Below are positions 8,112-19,192 of a DNA stretch of 64,000 bases, piece after piece. A program made the position numbers and the translations under genes. Position 1 is the stretch's first letter. Each line of letters starts with the position of its first letter. Source of the stretch: Candidatus Wirthbacteria bacterium (GTDB lineage: Bacteria > Patescibacteriota > CG2-30-54-11); the NCBI GenBank assembly GCA_903889905.1, contig CAISZI010000046.1, positions 853 through 64,852 on the forward strand. The letters are read 5' to 3'. Below the pieces are notes generated by a model. It did not search any database. It was not told the DNA's origin and saw only the letters and a program-made list of their open reading frames with translations.

Positions 8112-11091
8112 TCAGTTAGTTCTTTCGAAGTTTATTTTGTCGTCATTTTTGCCAAAACTAAATTTGACTTTGTCCCAGCCGTTTAAACCCTGGCATTGAA
8201 TGACTTGGTCGCCTTGTCTTTTGAGCCACCAACAGCACAGTACGTAAGTATCGCCGACAAAGTGATCAGTTTGCTTCAAAAAATAAAACGGTTTCATTTC
8301 CCCATCTTTGAGGTCCAGTTCGGCACAAACCTCCCCTTGATCCGAGTGCAGCAAACGATAATAACCACCGAGATTCGCGATGGCTTGTTTGAAGATCAAT
8401 TCCTCTTTGGGATTGGCGGTTTTTTTATCCTTCCGAACAGCTAACACGCCACTCTCCGGCGTGCCTACGGTATTATCAATTAGGTCCATCGGTACGGTGA
8501 TGAGGTCTTGCGGTTGGCGTTCATACATCGTTCCTTCTCGTTCCCCCTTATTGTCGCGGTGATCAATGGGCCTGAGATCAAGTTCCTGCGGCTTTTTAGC
8601 CTGTTGTCCATGTTCAGTAGAAATACCATACAACCCAGGGTCATTCATGGCTAATTTCCCGGGATTATTGATCAACCTGCTGTCAATTTGTATTTCATAC
8701 AATTTGGCCTTGGATGGCTGCCAATGGGCTTGCTTGTCATCACCCGAGAGGCACAAACTGGCGAGGCACATTTTCCCGTCCGCTTTTTTAACCACAAAAA
8801 AGTAATCCTCATGATCTAATTTAGCTTCATTTGCTCTCATATAAGTTTTCTCCAGCAGGCAATATCGTTTATTTGCCACTATTGCTGTAGAATCTCTTCC
8901 GCACAAAACCGCTTCTACCGTAAAACCTTCCTCCAGTAATGTCTGGGAATTACCAAGGTCGCGTAAATTTTCCCGGACTTCTTCACTCTGCATATCTACC
9001 AGGACGAATTTGTCCTCATAACCAAGTTTACAATAGGCATTCTGTTCAAGCAGAGCGAACCAATTCCCGTCGCGGATACCAATGGATTTGGCTGTCGGCG
9101 CCCGGCGGTCAAAATCAGACCACACAGACTCGTCTTCCCACCAACGCTCTCGTTTTCTTTCCATTTCCATTTCCTCGATCCTGCGCACTTCCGCCGCCTG
9201 CTGTTTTCGCTGTTTTTCTTCCTGTCGTTCTTGCAATGCTGCTTCAAATCTGCCATCAATATAGCGTTTCAATGCCTCTTGCCAGGTAAGGTCTTTGTTT
9301 GCCTCAAGCAACTGATCGGCGCGATAGGTAATATCAGCTAATACTCCATTCCTAGTTTCTTTGTCATTAGTAGACGCTTCATCCAACATCTGCTGTAATT
9401 CTTGGGCATAATGTACTGCCATATCGGCATCGCTGAATTGTTGAGCATTGTCGGTCTGGAAATCCATCAGTTTTAGCAAAACCAAGTACATTTTTCTGGA
9501 ATTATTCCATTCAATGACAGGTTCGTCAGGAGCAAAAAACTCCTTTCTGACAGCCTCTGCGGCAATGGGCAGATCCAATTCCGATACTATCTTCACCGTT
9601 GCTGTGACTTCCGGTTGTTCTTTAACCATATCTAGCGGCCGTGCAACGGACAATTGGCCAGAAAGATCGTCAGCATTAGCCTTTGCAGCAGGAACGCCTG
9701 TCTCAGCGGGCGCGGCAACGACGGAACGATCCGTTGTAACCGGTTGCGGCTGTTCGGGTGGCTCCGCCAGAGATATGGAATTAAGCCCAGCAACCTGTGC
9801 GAATGGCATCCTATCAGTATCAGCCGGAGTTGTTGTGGTCTCTTCTGCTTCATGCATTACCGCTTGAGCATACGTTTGGGCTTGCACATGGATATCGTCA
9901 CTAAGGGCTTCCTTTTGCGTCGTTTGCTCGGAAGGGTTTGCCAGGTGTTTTATTCTCTCCTGTAGCTCTAAATCATCCACAACTTTGGTTTGATCTGTGA
10001 TGCCTTCCGTAGCTTTTAGCGTGACTGCTTTTTCAGACTGGTGGATTAGTGCGGATACCCGCTCTTCATAGATTTTTATGGGCTTATACGCCATTGCAGT
10101 TTTGTGGAATGTTTCGGCTACGGCTTTAAGTTCTTCCAATGAAGTATGTGTCAAATACTCACGGTGGACCTCCAGCTCCTCACTGACACTGGACCCATTA
10201 CCATGCCCACGCTTTTCCAAGTCCATGTCACGCCGATACAGCTCAGGATTGTGCTGTTTTAAGTAATCCCGAATTGCTTCCGTATATTTTTGATCGTGCC
10301 GAGGATGGTCGTGTTCTTCTTGCAGGAGCTGGACCAGAACCTTGGCAATAAACTGCTGCAATTCCCGATCACCATCAGCAACCGTTTCGACAAATTGGAG
10401 TTTGTGATCAAGCATGGTTTCGCCACTTTGTACCGAGAACGGAAATAATACCAACCACGCCCGCCGGGCATTGGTCACATCACGCATCAACGTAAAAGAA
10501 AACTGGGCTCCGTCATCCTGGCCGGCGAGCGGGACACTTTCTGTACTGGCATTGATGATACCCCGCAAGACTTCCTGCTCGGCAAAATTGTGCCCATCCA
10601 GAACAATAAAATCCATTTTGCTGTCTCCACTGCTGCGGTCAATCACCCGAATATTCATCGGACTTTGGAACAATTCAATCACTTCGCACTTTTCCAGATG
10701 CGAATAATCGTGATCCGACATAAACGCTGCCACGTCCGCTTCCTGTGCAGGTCCAATTTCCACTAACCGATAATAAATCCCTTTGGACTCATCATAATTG
10801 GCTTCCACCCCATAAGTTTTCGTACCAACCTTGAACGCTCCCAGCAGTTTGGGTCCCCGCTCACGTAATTCCACGATAAAGGACAATTGATCCTTCTCTT
10901 GCGCTGCCACTTCCGCTGTCGTTTCTTTGTTTACTTCCTCATCCACAAGTGCTGCGGCAATGTTCAGCTGGTCAATTGTTGTGGCTAAATCCTCGTCAGC
11001 ACCTTCCGGATTCTCATTCAACAGTAATGCGCCTGCTATCTGTTGGTCTGACTGGTTATTGGATATCTGGGTTTGTACTTGTGTTGGCATC
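8112..11091 (-). CDS. Large acidic hypothetical protein (~993 aa), no recognisable domain
   Basis: Long uninterrupted ORF, no TM segments, GC lower than its flanks. The chosen start is MPTQVQ at 11091; the tracked ORF begins 38 codons further upstream. Confidence 0.55.
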
Positions 11092-11271
11092 TTTTTTTCA
11101 TTAGATACTAATCTAATTATTTTACCATTTTTTGATTTTTCTTGCCAGAATCTGAATCCCGGACACGCTAACACCCGCAAGCACAACGCTCGACAACCCA
11201 ACGCCCGCCAGTTACAATGCGGCTGTTTGTTCCTACGTTCCCAAAACAGTCCATTGTTTGGCTGTTCGAAT

Positions 11272-11288
11272 TTAGTTATTAGAATTTA
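11272..11288 (+). promoter_or_regulatory. 17-mer TTAGTTATTAGAATTTA, with a TAGAAT -10-like hexamer, 7 nt before the purL ATG; identical 17-mer before mreC
   Basis: Exact 17-nt match with 48008-48024. No SD sequence precedes either ATG. Confidence 0.35.
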
Positions 11289-11295
11289 TTGAATT

Positions 11296-14292
11296 ATGCC
11301 CCACCGCATTGAAATCCGCACCGTCACCGAGGATGCCCGCGCCCGGATACTACAGCAAAAAATCACCGCCATGGGCTTTGCTCCGCCCGCTGTGTCCGAC
11401 CTGCAGCTCATCGACGTCTATGCCATCGACAAAGACCTCACCTTCGACGCCCTCAAGCAGTGCGCCGATCTGCTCACCAATCCCGTCACCCAGGCCAGCC
11501 AAATCGACAAGGGCTGGATAGATTTGCCGTTTGACCAGGCGCTGGAAACTGGTTTTTTGCCAGGGGTTACCGACAATGTCGGCAACTCGGCCCAGCAAAT
11601 GATCGAAGACCTGCTCAAAACCAAGTTCGCTGCCGGCGAAGCTGTTTACGCTTCGCAACTCCTTTTGCTCCGCGGCAGCCTGTCCCCTGCCGACACCGAA
11701 AAAATCGGCAGCGCGCTGATCAATCCTCTCATTCAACGTCTGCACATCAAATCCGCGGGCGACTACCTCCAACAAAACGGTATGGACAATCTCATCCCCA
11801 AAGTCCGCATCCAAAGCAAAGCGACTGCCGACACCGTCAACCTGAAGGTAACGGACGAGGATCTGGTCACGATTGGCAAAAAAGGGATTCTGGACCACAT
11901 TGACGATGCTGGCAAAGCCGTACGCCGTGGCCCGCTCGCTTTGGATTTGCCCTCCATGCAGGCGATCCAGGCTTATTTCCGCGATACCGAAATGCGCGAG
12001 CCCACCGACGCCGAGCTGGAGACATTAGCGCAGACGTGGAGTGAACATTGCAAACACACAATTTTTGCTGCCGAACTGGACGAAATCAAAGACGGCCTTT
12101 ACAAACACTATATCAAACGCGCTACCGCAGAAATTCGTGCCAGCAAGGGTAACACCGATTTCTGTGTTTCTGTTTTTACGGACAATTCCGGCGCCATCGA
12201 ATTTGATGAAAACTACCTGATCACGGACAAAGCTGAAACACACAACTCGCCCTCGGCACTCGATCCGTTTGGTGGCGCCGTAACCGGCATCGTGGGCGTG
12301 AACCGTGACACCATCGGGTTTGGTCTGGGCGCCAAACCGATTATCAATCGTTACGGTTTTTGCTTTGCCGACCCACGCACGACGCCCGAACTTTACCGTG
12401 GCAAAGACAAGACTTTTCCAGCTTTGCCACCCCGCAAAATCCTCGATGGCGTGATTGCAGGCGTCAACAGTGGTGGCAACTGCTCGGGTGTACCTACGCC
12501 ACAGGGCTTTGTTTACTTTGATCAACGTTTTAGCGGCAAACCACTCGTGTTTGTCGGCACCATCGGCCTTATTCCACGCACCAGCGCCGGACGTCCAGCT
12601 GACCAGAAACAAGCCCAGGTCGGTGACAAAATTGTTATGGTCGGTGGCCGCGTCGGCAAAGATGGCATCCACGGCGCCACGTTTTCATCCGAAGGTTTGG
12701 ATAGCGGCAGCCCCGCAACGGCTGTCCAGATTGGTGATCCGATTACCCAAAAAAAACTCTCCGATGCGATTGTCAAAGAAGCCCGAGACCTGGGGCTTTA
12801 TAACGCCATTACCGACAATGGTGCCGGTGGACTGAGCAGTTCCGTGGGCGAAATGGCCAAAGACACCGATGGCTGCATTGTTGACCTCGATCTGGTGCCA
12901 CGCAAATACCCCGGCCTCTCGCCTTGGGAAACCTGGATTTCCGAATCCCAGGAACGCATGACGCTGGCAGTGCCAGCTGACAAAGTTGACACGTTCAACG
13001 CCTTGATGACCAAACGTGGCGTGGAGTCGACCGTCATCGGTGAGTTCAACGCTTCCGGCCGTTGCATCGTGCTTTCCGGTGGCCAAAAAGTCGTCGACCT
13101 GAGCATGGATTTCATGCACGACGGCACCCCGCACAAAGTATTGACTAGCACCTACACCCCGGCCAAACACGAAGAACCAGCCTTTGCACAGCCGTCTGAT
13201 CTGGCCAAAACCTTGCAAGACATGTTATCCCGCCTGAACGTGTGCAGCTACGCCTTTATCAGCCATCAATTTGACCATCTTGTCCAGGGCACCGCCGCGC
13301 TGCAACCGCTCCAAGGCAGTGGACAGGTCAACAGCGACGCCACGGTAACACGGCCACTATTTGACTCACCCAAAGGCGTTGTCACGACTCAAGCAATCTT
13401 TCCTGCTTACAGCGACATTGATACTGCGGCCATGGCCACCTACTGCATTGACGCCACCATTGCCCGTGCCACCGCCGTCGGCGCTGATCCCGATCGCATC
13501 GCACTGATGGACAACTTCTGCTGGTGTGACAGCACCAACCCCGAACGCTTGGGGCAGCTGAGACGTGCCGTCGAAGCCGTTTACAACACCGCCGTCGCCT
13601 ACGGAACGCCGCTGATCTCTGGCAAAGACAGCATGTTCAATGATTTCAAAGGTTTTGACAAAGACAATCAACCAGTCTTGCTCTCCGTTCCTCCAACGTT
13701 ACTGGTTTCAGGACTCTCCGTCCTCGAGGATGTGACCAAAGCCGTTTCGCTGGAACCCAAACTGCCCGGCGATCTGGTCTATGTTTTGGGTGAAACCAAG
13801 GATGAACTCGGAGCCAGTGAATATTTCGCTCACATGGGCGAAACCATAAGTGGCCACAAATTCATTGGTAACCAAGTGCCACAAGTGAACACAATATCTG
13901 CTCGCAAACGTTACCAAACCTTACACCAGGCAATTGACAAAAGATTAGTGGCATCAGCCCTGGCCGTGGGTATAGGTGGAATAGGAACCGCGCTCAGCAA
14001 AGCCGTCATTGCAGCTCAGCTCGGCATGGAAATCGATTTGAGCAAAGTGCCCCAATCTGGTATTCCCCGCGACGATCATCTGTTGTTTGCCGAAAGTGCC
14101 AGCCGCCTAATCGTCACCGTTCGCCCCCAAAATCAGTCCGCGTTTGAAGCGTTGTTTGCCGGTCAAACCATGGCACTCATTGGGACCGTAGTTGAAACTC
14201 CAACACTCATCCTGACCACAGCGAGCACCAGCATCAACCTCGAAGTTGCCAAGTTGACCAAAGCGTATCAAGAACCACTGGCCAAATTCTAA
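11296..14292 (+). CDS. purL: Phosphoribosylformylglycinamidine synthase PurL with a ~250-aa N-terminal PurS-like extension (purS-purL fusion)
   Basis: PurL AIRS-domain signature TWSEHCKHTIF plus Gly-rich repeats. The N-terminal extension is PurS-like, and a separate purQ lies downstream. Confidence 0.85.
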   Translation: MPHRIEIRTVTEDARARILQQKITAMGFAPPAVSDLQLIDVYAIDKDLTFDALKQCADLLTNPVTQASQIDKGWIDLPFDQALETGFLPGVTDNVGNSAQQMIEDLLKTKFAAGEAVYASQLLLLRGSLSPADTEKIGSALINPLIQRLHIKSAGDYLQQNGMDNLIPKVRIQSKATADTVNLKVTDEDLVTIGKKGILDHIDDAGKAVRRGPLALDLPSMQAIQAYFRDTEMREPTDAELETLAQTWSEHCKHTIFAAELDEIKDGLYKHYIKRATAEIRASKGNTDFCVSVFTDNSGAIEFDENYLITDKAETHNSPSALDPFGGAVTGIVGVNRDTIGFGLGAKPIINRYGFCFADPRTTPELYRGKDKTFPALPPRKILDGVIAGVNSGGNCSGVPTPQGFVYFDQRFSGKPLVFVGTIGLIPRTSAGRPADQKQAQVGDKIVMVGGRVGKDGIHGATFSSEGLDSGSPATAVQIGDPITQKKLSDAIVKEARDLGLYNAITDNGAGGLSSSVGEMAKDTDGCIVDLDLVPRKYPGLSPWETWISESQERMTLAVPADKVDTFNALMTKRGVESTVIGEFNASGRCIVLSGGQKVVDLSMDFMHDGTPHKVLTSTYTPAKHEEPAFAQPSDLAKTLQDMLSRLNVCSYAFISHQFDHLVQGTAALQPLQGSGQVNSDATVTRPLFDSPKGVVTTQAIFPAYSDIDTAAMATYCIDATIARATAVGADPDRIALMDNFCWCDSTNPERLGQLRRAVEAVYNTAVAYGTPLISGKDSMFNDFKGFDKDNQPVLLSVPPTLLVSGLSVLEDVTKAVSLEPKLPGDLVYVLGETKDELGASEYFAHMGETISGHKFIGNQVPQVNTISARKRYQTLHQAIDKRLVASALAVGIGGIGTALSKAVIAAQLGMEIDLSKVPQSGIPRDDHLLFAESASRLIVTVRPQNQSAFEALFAGQTMALIGTVVETPTLILTTASTSINLEVAKLTKAYQEPLAKF

Positions 14293-14597
14293 TCGGGATA
14301 ATTCACTTTTACCGCCAACGTAACAACCTTTTCGTCCATTTGTATTTTGGCGGCAATCCAAGCAATTTTGTCCAAGGCCAATTTTTTATTTTCAGCTGCC
14401 AATGCTGTATTCCTGACTAGTCGTGCTGCTTCCGAATCTCCCCAAAAAATCACCGCTTCCAGATACGCAAAATACGCATCCTCGTCATCGTGCAATTTCT
14501 GATTGAGTTCATCCATTTGCTGCAAATCGACATCTTCCATCTTGTTTCCTTGATAGTCTTGGTGGCTCAATTCTAACACTTCTAATCCTTTATCCAC
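14289..14597 (-). CDS. Small acidic hypothetical ORF (102 aa) antisense in the purL-purQ gap
   Basis: GTG start, no clear RBS, and it exactly fills the 313-bp gap. Weak evidence. Confidence 0.3.
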   Translation of the reverse strand: MDKGLEVLELSHQDYQGNKMEDVDLQQMDELNQKLHDDEDAYFAYLEAVIFWGDSEAARLVRNTALAAENKKLALDKIAWIAAKIQMDEKVVTLAVKVNYPD

Positions 14598-14605
14598 AGG
14601 TTCCC

Positions 14606-15415
14606 ATGTCCATCCCCAAAGTCATCGTCCTCTCTGGTTATGGCCTCAACAGCGAAGCTGAAACGCTTTTCCCGTTCACCCAAAACGGCGCTACTGGCGA
14701 CATCGTCCACATCAATGACCTGATCAGTGGCGACAAGCAGCTCGCGGATTATCAGATTCTGGCCATTCCTGGCGGTTTCAGCTTTGGCGACGACACCGGC
14801 TCCGGCAGTGCCTATGCTGCACGGCTCCGCAACCATTTGTGGGAACAAATTCTGACCTTTGTCCAGGCGGACAAACTCGTCATCGGCATCTGCAACGGCG
14901 CCCAAATCCTGGCCAACCTTGGCTTGGTACCGGCGCTGGATGGCAAGTACGGCGACCGACAGATCGCGCTCAAACACAACACCACAGCCCGCTACGAATG
15001 CCGCTGGGTTGATGTTAAAGTCAATCCCGAAAGTAACTGCGTCTGGACACGTAATTTATACACCCTGCACATCCCCGTCAGCCACGGCGAAGGCAATTTT
15101 TTTGCCGATGCCGCGACGACGAAACAAATCCAGGCCAAAAATCTGATCGCGCTCCAATACACCCATCCCGACGGCACCCTCGCCAAAGGCGAGTTTCCCT
15201 ACAACCCTAATGGCGCCATGCTCGATATCGCCGCCATGTCGGACGAAAGCGGCCGCATTCTGCTCACCATGCCCCACCCGGAACGCGCCATGTTATTTAC
15301 CCAGCGCGACGACTGGACGCTGCTCAAGGAGCACTACCTGCGTGAAGGAAAAGAGCTCCCCACCGTTGCCGACGGCATGGCCATTTTTGCCAATGCGGTG
15401 AGTTATTTTGGATGA
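14606..15415 (+). CDS. purQ: FGAM synthase glutamine amidotransferase subunit PurQ
   Basis: Class-I GATase motifs GICNGAQ and HGEG. Confidence 0.85.
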   Translation: MSIPKVIVLSGYGLNSEAETLFPFTQNGATGDIVHINDLISGDKQLADYQILAIPGGFSFGDDTGSGSAYAARLRNHLWEQILTFVQADKLVIGICNGAQILANLGLVPALDGKYGDRQIALKHNTTARYECRWVDVKVNPESNCVWTRNLYTLHIPVSHGEGNFFADAATTKQIQAKNLIALQYTHPDGTLAKGEFPYNPNGAMLDIAAMSDESGRILLTMPHPERAMLFTQRDDWTLLKEHYLREGKELPTVADGMAIFANAVSYFG

Positions 15416-15481
15416 ATCAAATCGTCATTTGAATCCGTCTTATCATCAAGCGTTGCTGATCACAATCTTCACTGACAAGAA

Positions 15482-16327
15482 CTAGTCGGTTACGTCATTG
15501 TTGGCTTGGCTGTCGGCATCTGTGCTCGCCTGACCGGCCAATTCCCGCAATTCTTTGAGAAAAACAGGCCACTGGTCGTTGTCCATGAAAATGGTGTTCC
15601 ATGGCTCATGGCCGTCGTTTGATTTAATTTGATAACCCGCATAATTTTTATTACTTAAAACATCCCTGAGCGCCGTTTTTCTGCTACGCAACATCTTGAA
15701 CCTAAAGATGTGAATTGTTTCATAACTCGTTAACCCTTCCAGCAAACACCCATAAATTTCGCGCCCATACCTCAAACTGAACAAGGAAAGTAAGGGATTG
15801 GAACGCTCCATTTGCATCTGGTCAATATTATCGCCAACTGGTTCATCCCCATCAGCAATATCTTCTTCAGGTTCCTTGCCTTGTACGGAGAATTCCGCAT
15901 CTGGACTCTCCATCTGACTTTCTTGACGACCTGATTTCTTGCCTCGACTTGGTTGACGAGCCTTTGTGTTGCCAACTGTATCGGCGACATTCTCGTCTGG
16001 ATCAAAGTCTAGCTCCTCTTCAATTGGCAGAGATCCCCACTCTGCCAAAAACATTTGCCATTCCTTTAATCCACTTGCTGTCCATATGAGCAATTCAGCA
16101 TTCAATCCAAGCCCATTATGCTTAATGTTTGGCCATTCATTGTTGGTTAATTCTTTTAATATCTTCGTTATTTGCAACAGTATCTGCTCAACAAATCCTT
16201 TGGCCTCAAATACTCCTTGGCCTTGTATGTTTTGTAACTGTTTACCAAGCACCTTTAGTTGTATTAACAAATCGTTTCTTAACTTTTCTTGTTCAGTCTC
16301 AGTCTCGACCATCTTGTTTAACACCAT
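15482..16327 (-). CDS. Hypothetical acidic protein (281 aa), lower GC than its flanks
   Basis: Long ORF with about 42% GC and no recognised domain. Confidence 0.45.
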   Translation of the reverse strand: MVLNKMVETETEQEKLRNDLLIQLKVLGKQLQNIQGQGVFEAKGFVEQILLQITKILKELTNNEWPNIKHNGLGLNAELLIWTASGLKEWQMFLAEWGSLPIEEELDFDPDENVADTVGNTKARQPSRGKKSGRQESQMESPDAEFSVQGKEPEEDIADGDEPVGDNIDQMQMERSNPLLSLFSLRYGREIYGCLLEGLTSYETIHIFRFKMLRSRKTALRDVLSNKNYAGYQIKSNDGHEPWNTIFMDNDQWPVFLKELRELAGQASTDADSQANNDVTD

Positions 16328-16404
16328 TTAATTGATTGGTGTTAAATTGTACCACAACAATTTCTAGCAACTCCTGGAAATTCCGAGATATAACCTGATA
16401 GACT

Positions 16405-17127
16405 TTGCCCGCCCTTCTCCGCTATATTGCAGTCATTCCATTTATCACGAGCCTGTGCATGCCTTCTACTCTTCATTGCCTTTTTGACCTCGACGGCACT
16501 TTGGTCGATTCTCAGGACCTCAACCGCCGCTGCATGATTGAAACTTTTAGCGCATTGGGTAAAGACATTGATATACCACGCGACGAGTGGATCCAGAATG
16601 CAGTACACAGTCTGTATACCGCCCGCGAGTGGCTCCAGAAGTTCAACCTGGACATCGACGCCGAAACCTTTCGCAACAAACGCAATCAGCTTTATCTCCA
16701 AATCGCCCAAGCTGAACTGGTTGTGTTACCAGGCGCCAAGCAACTGTTGCGCGAGCTATTCGAAGCCAACATCCCGATCGCCGTCGCGAGCGGCAACCAT
16801 CCGGTGCTGATCGAACATATTCTCGAAATCATGGATCTGATGCCGCTGATCAATTTATACCTGTCAGACAGTGATGTCGGGCACAAAAAACCAGCGCCGG
16901 ATGTGTTTATTGAAGCCGCCAAACGACTCCAGGCGAGCCCCGCAGACTGTGTCGTCTTCGAAGACTCCCTGATCGGCCTGCAGTCCGCCAAAGCCGCTGG
17001 CATGAAGTGCATCATTTGTCCGGACAAATACTCCGAACTCCCGCGCGATCGCTATGCCGCGGCCGACTTGATCGTACCCAGCCTGAGTGTGGTAACATTA
17101 GCCGCGATCGAACAACTCTTGCAGTGA
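16405..17127 (+). CDS. HAD-superfamily hydrolase (subfamily IA, beta-PGM-like)
   Basis: Motif I FDLDGTLVDS and C-terminal Rossmann-like motifs. An alternative start is MPSTLH at 16459. Confidence 0.75.
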   Translation: MPALLRYIAVIPFITSLCMPSTLHCLFDLDGTLVDSQDLNRRCMIETFSALGKDIDIPRDEWIQNAVHSLYTAREWLQKFNLDIDAETFRNKRNQLYLQIAQAELVVLPGAKQLLRELFEANIPIAVASGNHPVLIEHILEIMDLMPLINLYLSDSDVGHKKPAPDVFIEAAKRLQASPADCVVFEDSLIGLQSAKAAGMKCIICPDKYSELPRDRYAAADLIVPSLSVVTLAAIEQLLQ

Positions 17128-17155
17128 CCGTGATTCAATCCACTAGTGAGCTTTT

Positions 17156-17833
17156 ATGGTCCAAAATGACAACCGCCCCCGCTTTGCCAATCTGCGTGAA
17201 AGCAAGAACTATGCCAGCAGCATGATCATTGATGCGCCCAAACACATCCTGCTCATGCTCAAGGTGTGGCGCCATCGCAAGCGTCATCCTCTGGCTGAGT
17301 TATATGGTACTACGCTTCGTTTTTGTGACTATACCACTGCCCGACAAATCGCTCCCTCCATCCAAGGTGAACATGAAGTCGTGTCCCACTCCATTCTGAC
17401 TCTGGACTTCGCCTTTGGCAGCAACCAGTGGTATGCCTTTTTGGATGTGCTGGAACGACTCCACTTTGACCTTTACACTTTATTCTCCCTGCACAAAGGG
17501 GATGTCTTTTATCTCACGCACGGCTGTCCCTCCCGCCTCGAAGAACTGCTTGGCAGCGACCCTCTCCCCGAGAAAAAAAGAGGTCAGCCCCTGCGCAACA
17601 AAATGCTCAAACGTAAACTCCGCGAAAAGGGCCAGCTGCACCTGCGGGTCTACCGTGCTACCCCATCCGATCCTGACCACATTTTGCTGACAGCTCACAT
17701 TGACCCACCCAATATCCGGCAGCACATCAACCCCATCGCTCAAATCCGAGGCCATGTGCATAGTGATTATGTCGAAGGGGAAAGGTTGCTGCGGGCGCTG
17801 GGGAATTTTTTGAACAAAATAATGACTAAATAA
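17156..17833 (+). CDS. Hypothetical protein (225 aa)
   Basis: ORF with coding-like composition and no recognised domain. Confidence 0.45.
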   Translation: MVQNDNRPRFANLRESKNYASSMIIDAPKHILLMLKVWRHRKRHPLAELYGTTLRFCDYTTARQIAPSIQGEHEVVSHSILTLDFAFGSNQWYAFLDVLERLHFDLYTLFSLHKGDVFYLTHGCPSRLEELLGSDPLPEKKRGQPLRNKMLKRKLREKGQLHLRVYRATPSDPDHILLTAHIDPPNIRQHINPIAQIRGHVHSDYVEGERLLRALGNFLNKIMTK

Positions 17834-17978
17834 TTTTTCGTCTTCGCTGCCGACTACGTAATGCTTCTTCCCGCTTTAACCCCTCATCCTTTCGCGCAAC
17901 TCATTGATCCGTGGCTTTAAAGAATGTCATAATTACAACCGCAGTCAACTACCAGATCGCCCCTTAAGTGGACAAAGA

Positions 17979-18554
17979 ATGCACAAAATCTTCCTGATCG
18001 TCGGCGCCCCCGGAACCGGTAAAAGTACAGTCGCCAAAGCCTTGGCCAAAAAGCTCGGCATCGATTCAGTGATCGGCACTGATACGATCCGCGAAATCCT
18101 GCGGGCAGCGATCTCCAAAGAAACCTGCCCGACCTTGCATACCTCAGCCATCCTGGCCTGCGACATGGCGCCACCCGGCGCTGACAAGAACATCTGGGGC
18201 TTTATTCGCCAGGCCGAAGACGTCAAACCCGGTATCGAGGCGGTGATCAAACGGCATCTCAAGGAAAATACAAGTTTGGTTATGGAAGGCATCCACCTTG
18301 TCCCAGGTATCATCGAGAACACAAATCCTGAAAGCGTTATCAAAATCGTTTTGACTGCCGATGAAGCAACCCACAAAACCCGCCTGCTGGGTCAGGGCAG
18401 CGACCGTTCGTCGTACAAACTCGCCAACTTCGAACGCGCCAGACACTTTGAAAAATATCTGATTAGTCAGGCAAAAACATCTGGCTGTACCGTCATTCAC
18501 CACGACAATCTTGAAAATACATTGACAGCCATCATCAAAAGCAGCGGGATTTAG
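17979..18554 (+). CDS. P-loop ATPase of the 2-phosphoglycerate-kinase family (COG2074-like)
   Basis: LIVGAPGTGKSTVAKALAKKLGIDSVIGTDTIREILR closely matches the 2PGK N-terminal signature. EGIHLVPG also fits. Confidence 0.6.
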   Translation: MHKIFLIVGAPGTGKSTVAKALAKKLGIDSVIGTDTIREILRAAISKETCPTLHTSAILACDMAPPGADKNIWGFIRQAEDVKPGIEAVIKRHLKENTSLVMEGIHLVPGIIENTNPESVIKIVLTADEATHKTRLLGQGSDRSSYKLANFERARHFEKYLISQAKTSGCTVIHHDNLENTLTAIIKSSGI

Positions 18555-18556
18555 TC

Positions 18557-19171
18557 GTGAATATTATCTTTTTTGACCTTATGGGTGTTGCCGTACCAGA
18601 TGTGCCTAGTGGTTCAGCCAAGGTGATGAAAAACCTTTACACATCGACCGCTGATATCAGTGCCAATATCTCCTTTGAGGACTTCTATCAGCGGTACCAG
18701 CAGTTTATGAAGGGTCAGATTACGAACAAAGAGATGTGGGCAGGCATCCCTGATTCAACCCAAATTCAGAAACAATATCTGGATTCTTACCAGTTTAACC
18801 CTAATCTTGAAGCTGTCATCAGCGAGCTCAGGAGCCAAAGTTACCTTACCGCACTGCTGTCCAACCATCCAGACAGTTGGGTCAAATATCTGTGGCAATT
18901 CCGCGGCTTGGACAAATTTTTTACCCGGGAATTCAACAGCGGCGCTTACCACCTGACCAAATCATCACCTGATTTCTATCGTCTGGCCGCCAAAGGAATG
19001 AGAGCAGAGCCAGATCAATGCAGTCTGGTCGACGACCAGACAAAAAACCTGATTGTGGCCAAGGAAGTCGGATTCAAGACAATCCTGTTTACCAAAGCAC
19101 CTGATCCAAATGGTTCCTTTCAACCTGACCATAGCGTCCAGTCACTGGCAGAGCTACCGAATCTTCTTTAA
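18557..19171 (+). CDS. HAD-superfamily hydrolase
   Basis: GTG start. Motif I FFDLMGV and C-terminal DDQTKNLIVAKEVGFKTILF. Confidence 0.7.
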   Translation: MNIIFFDLMGVAVPDVPSGSAKVMKNLYTSTADISANISFEDFYQRYQQFMKGQITNKEMWAGIPDSTQIQKQYLDSYQFNPNLEAVISELRSQSYLTALLSNHPDSWVKYLWQFRGLDKFFTREFNSGAYHLTKSSPDFYRLAAKGMRAEPDQCSLVDDQTKNLIVAKEVGFKTILFTKAPDPNGSFQPDHSVQSLAELPNLL

Positions 19172-19192
19172 TAAACTCAAAAAAACAATCCC

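Noticed and set aside
11202-11295. Purine riboswitch upstream of purL, or T-box upstream of proS
   Set aside because: Leaders are too short (about 95 and 90 nt) and lack the conserved junction motifs. purL instead has an SD-less, promoter-proximal start.
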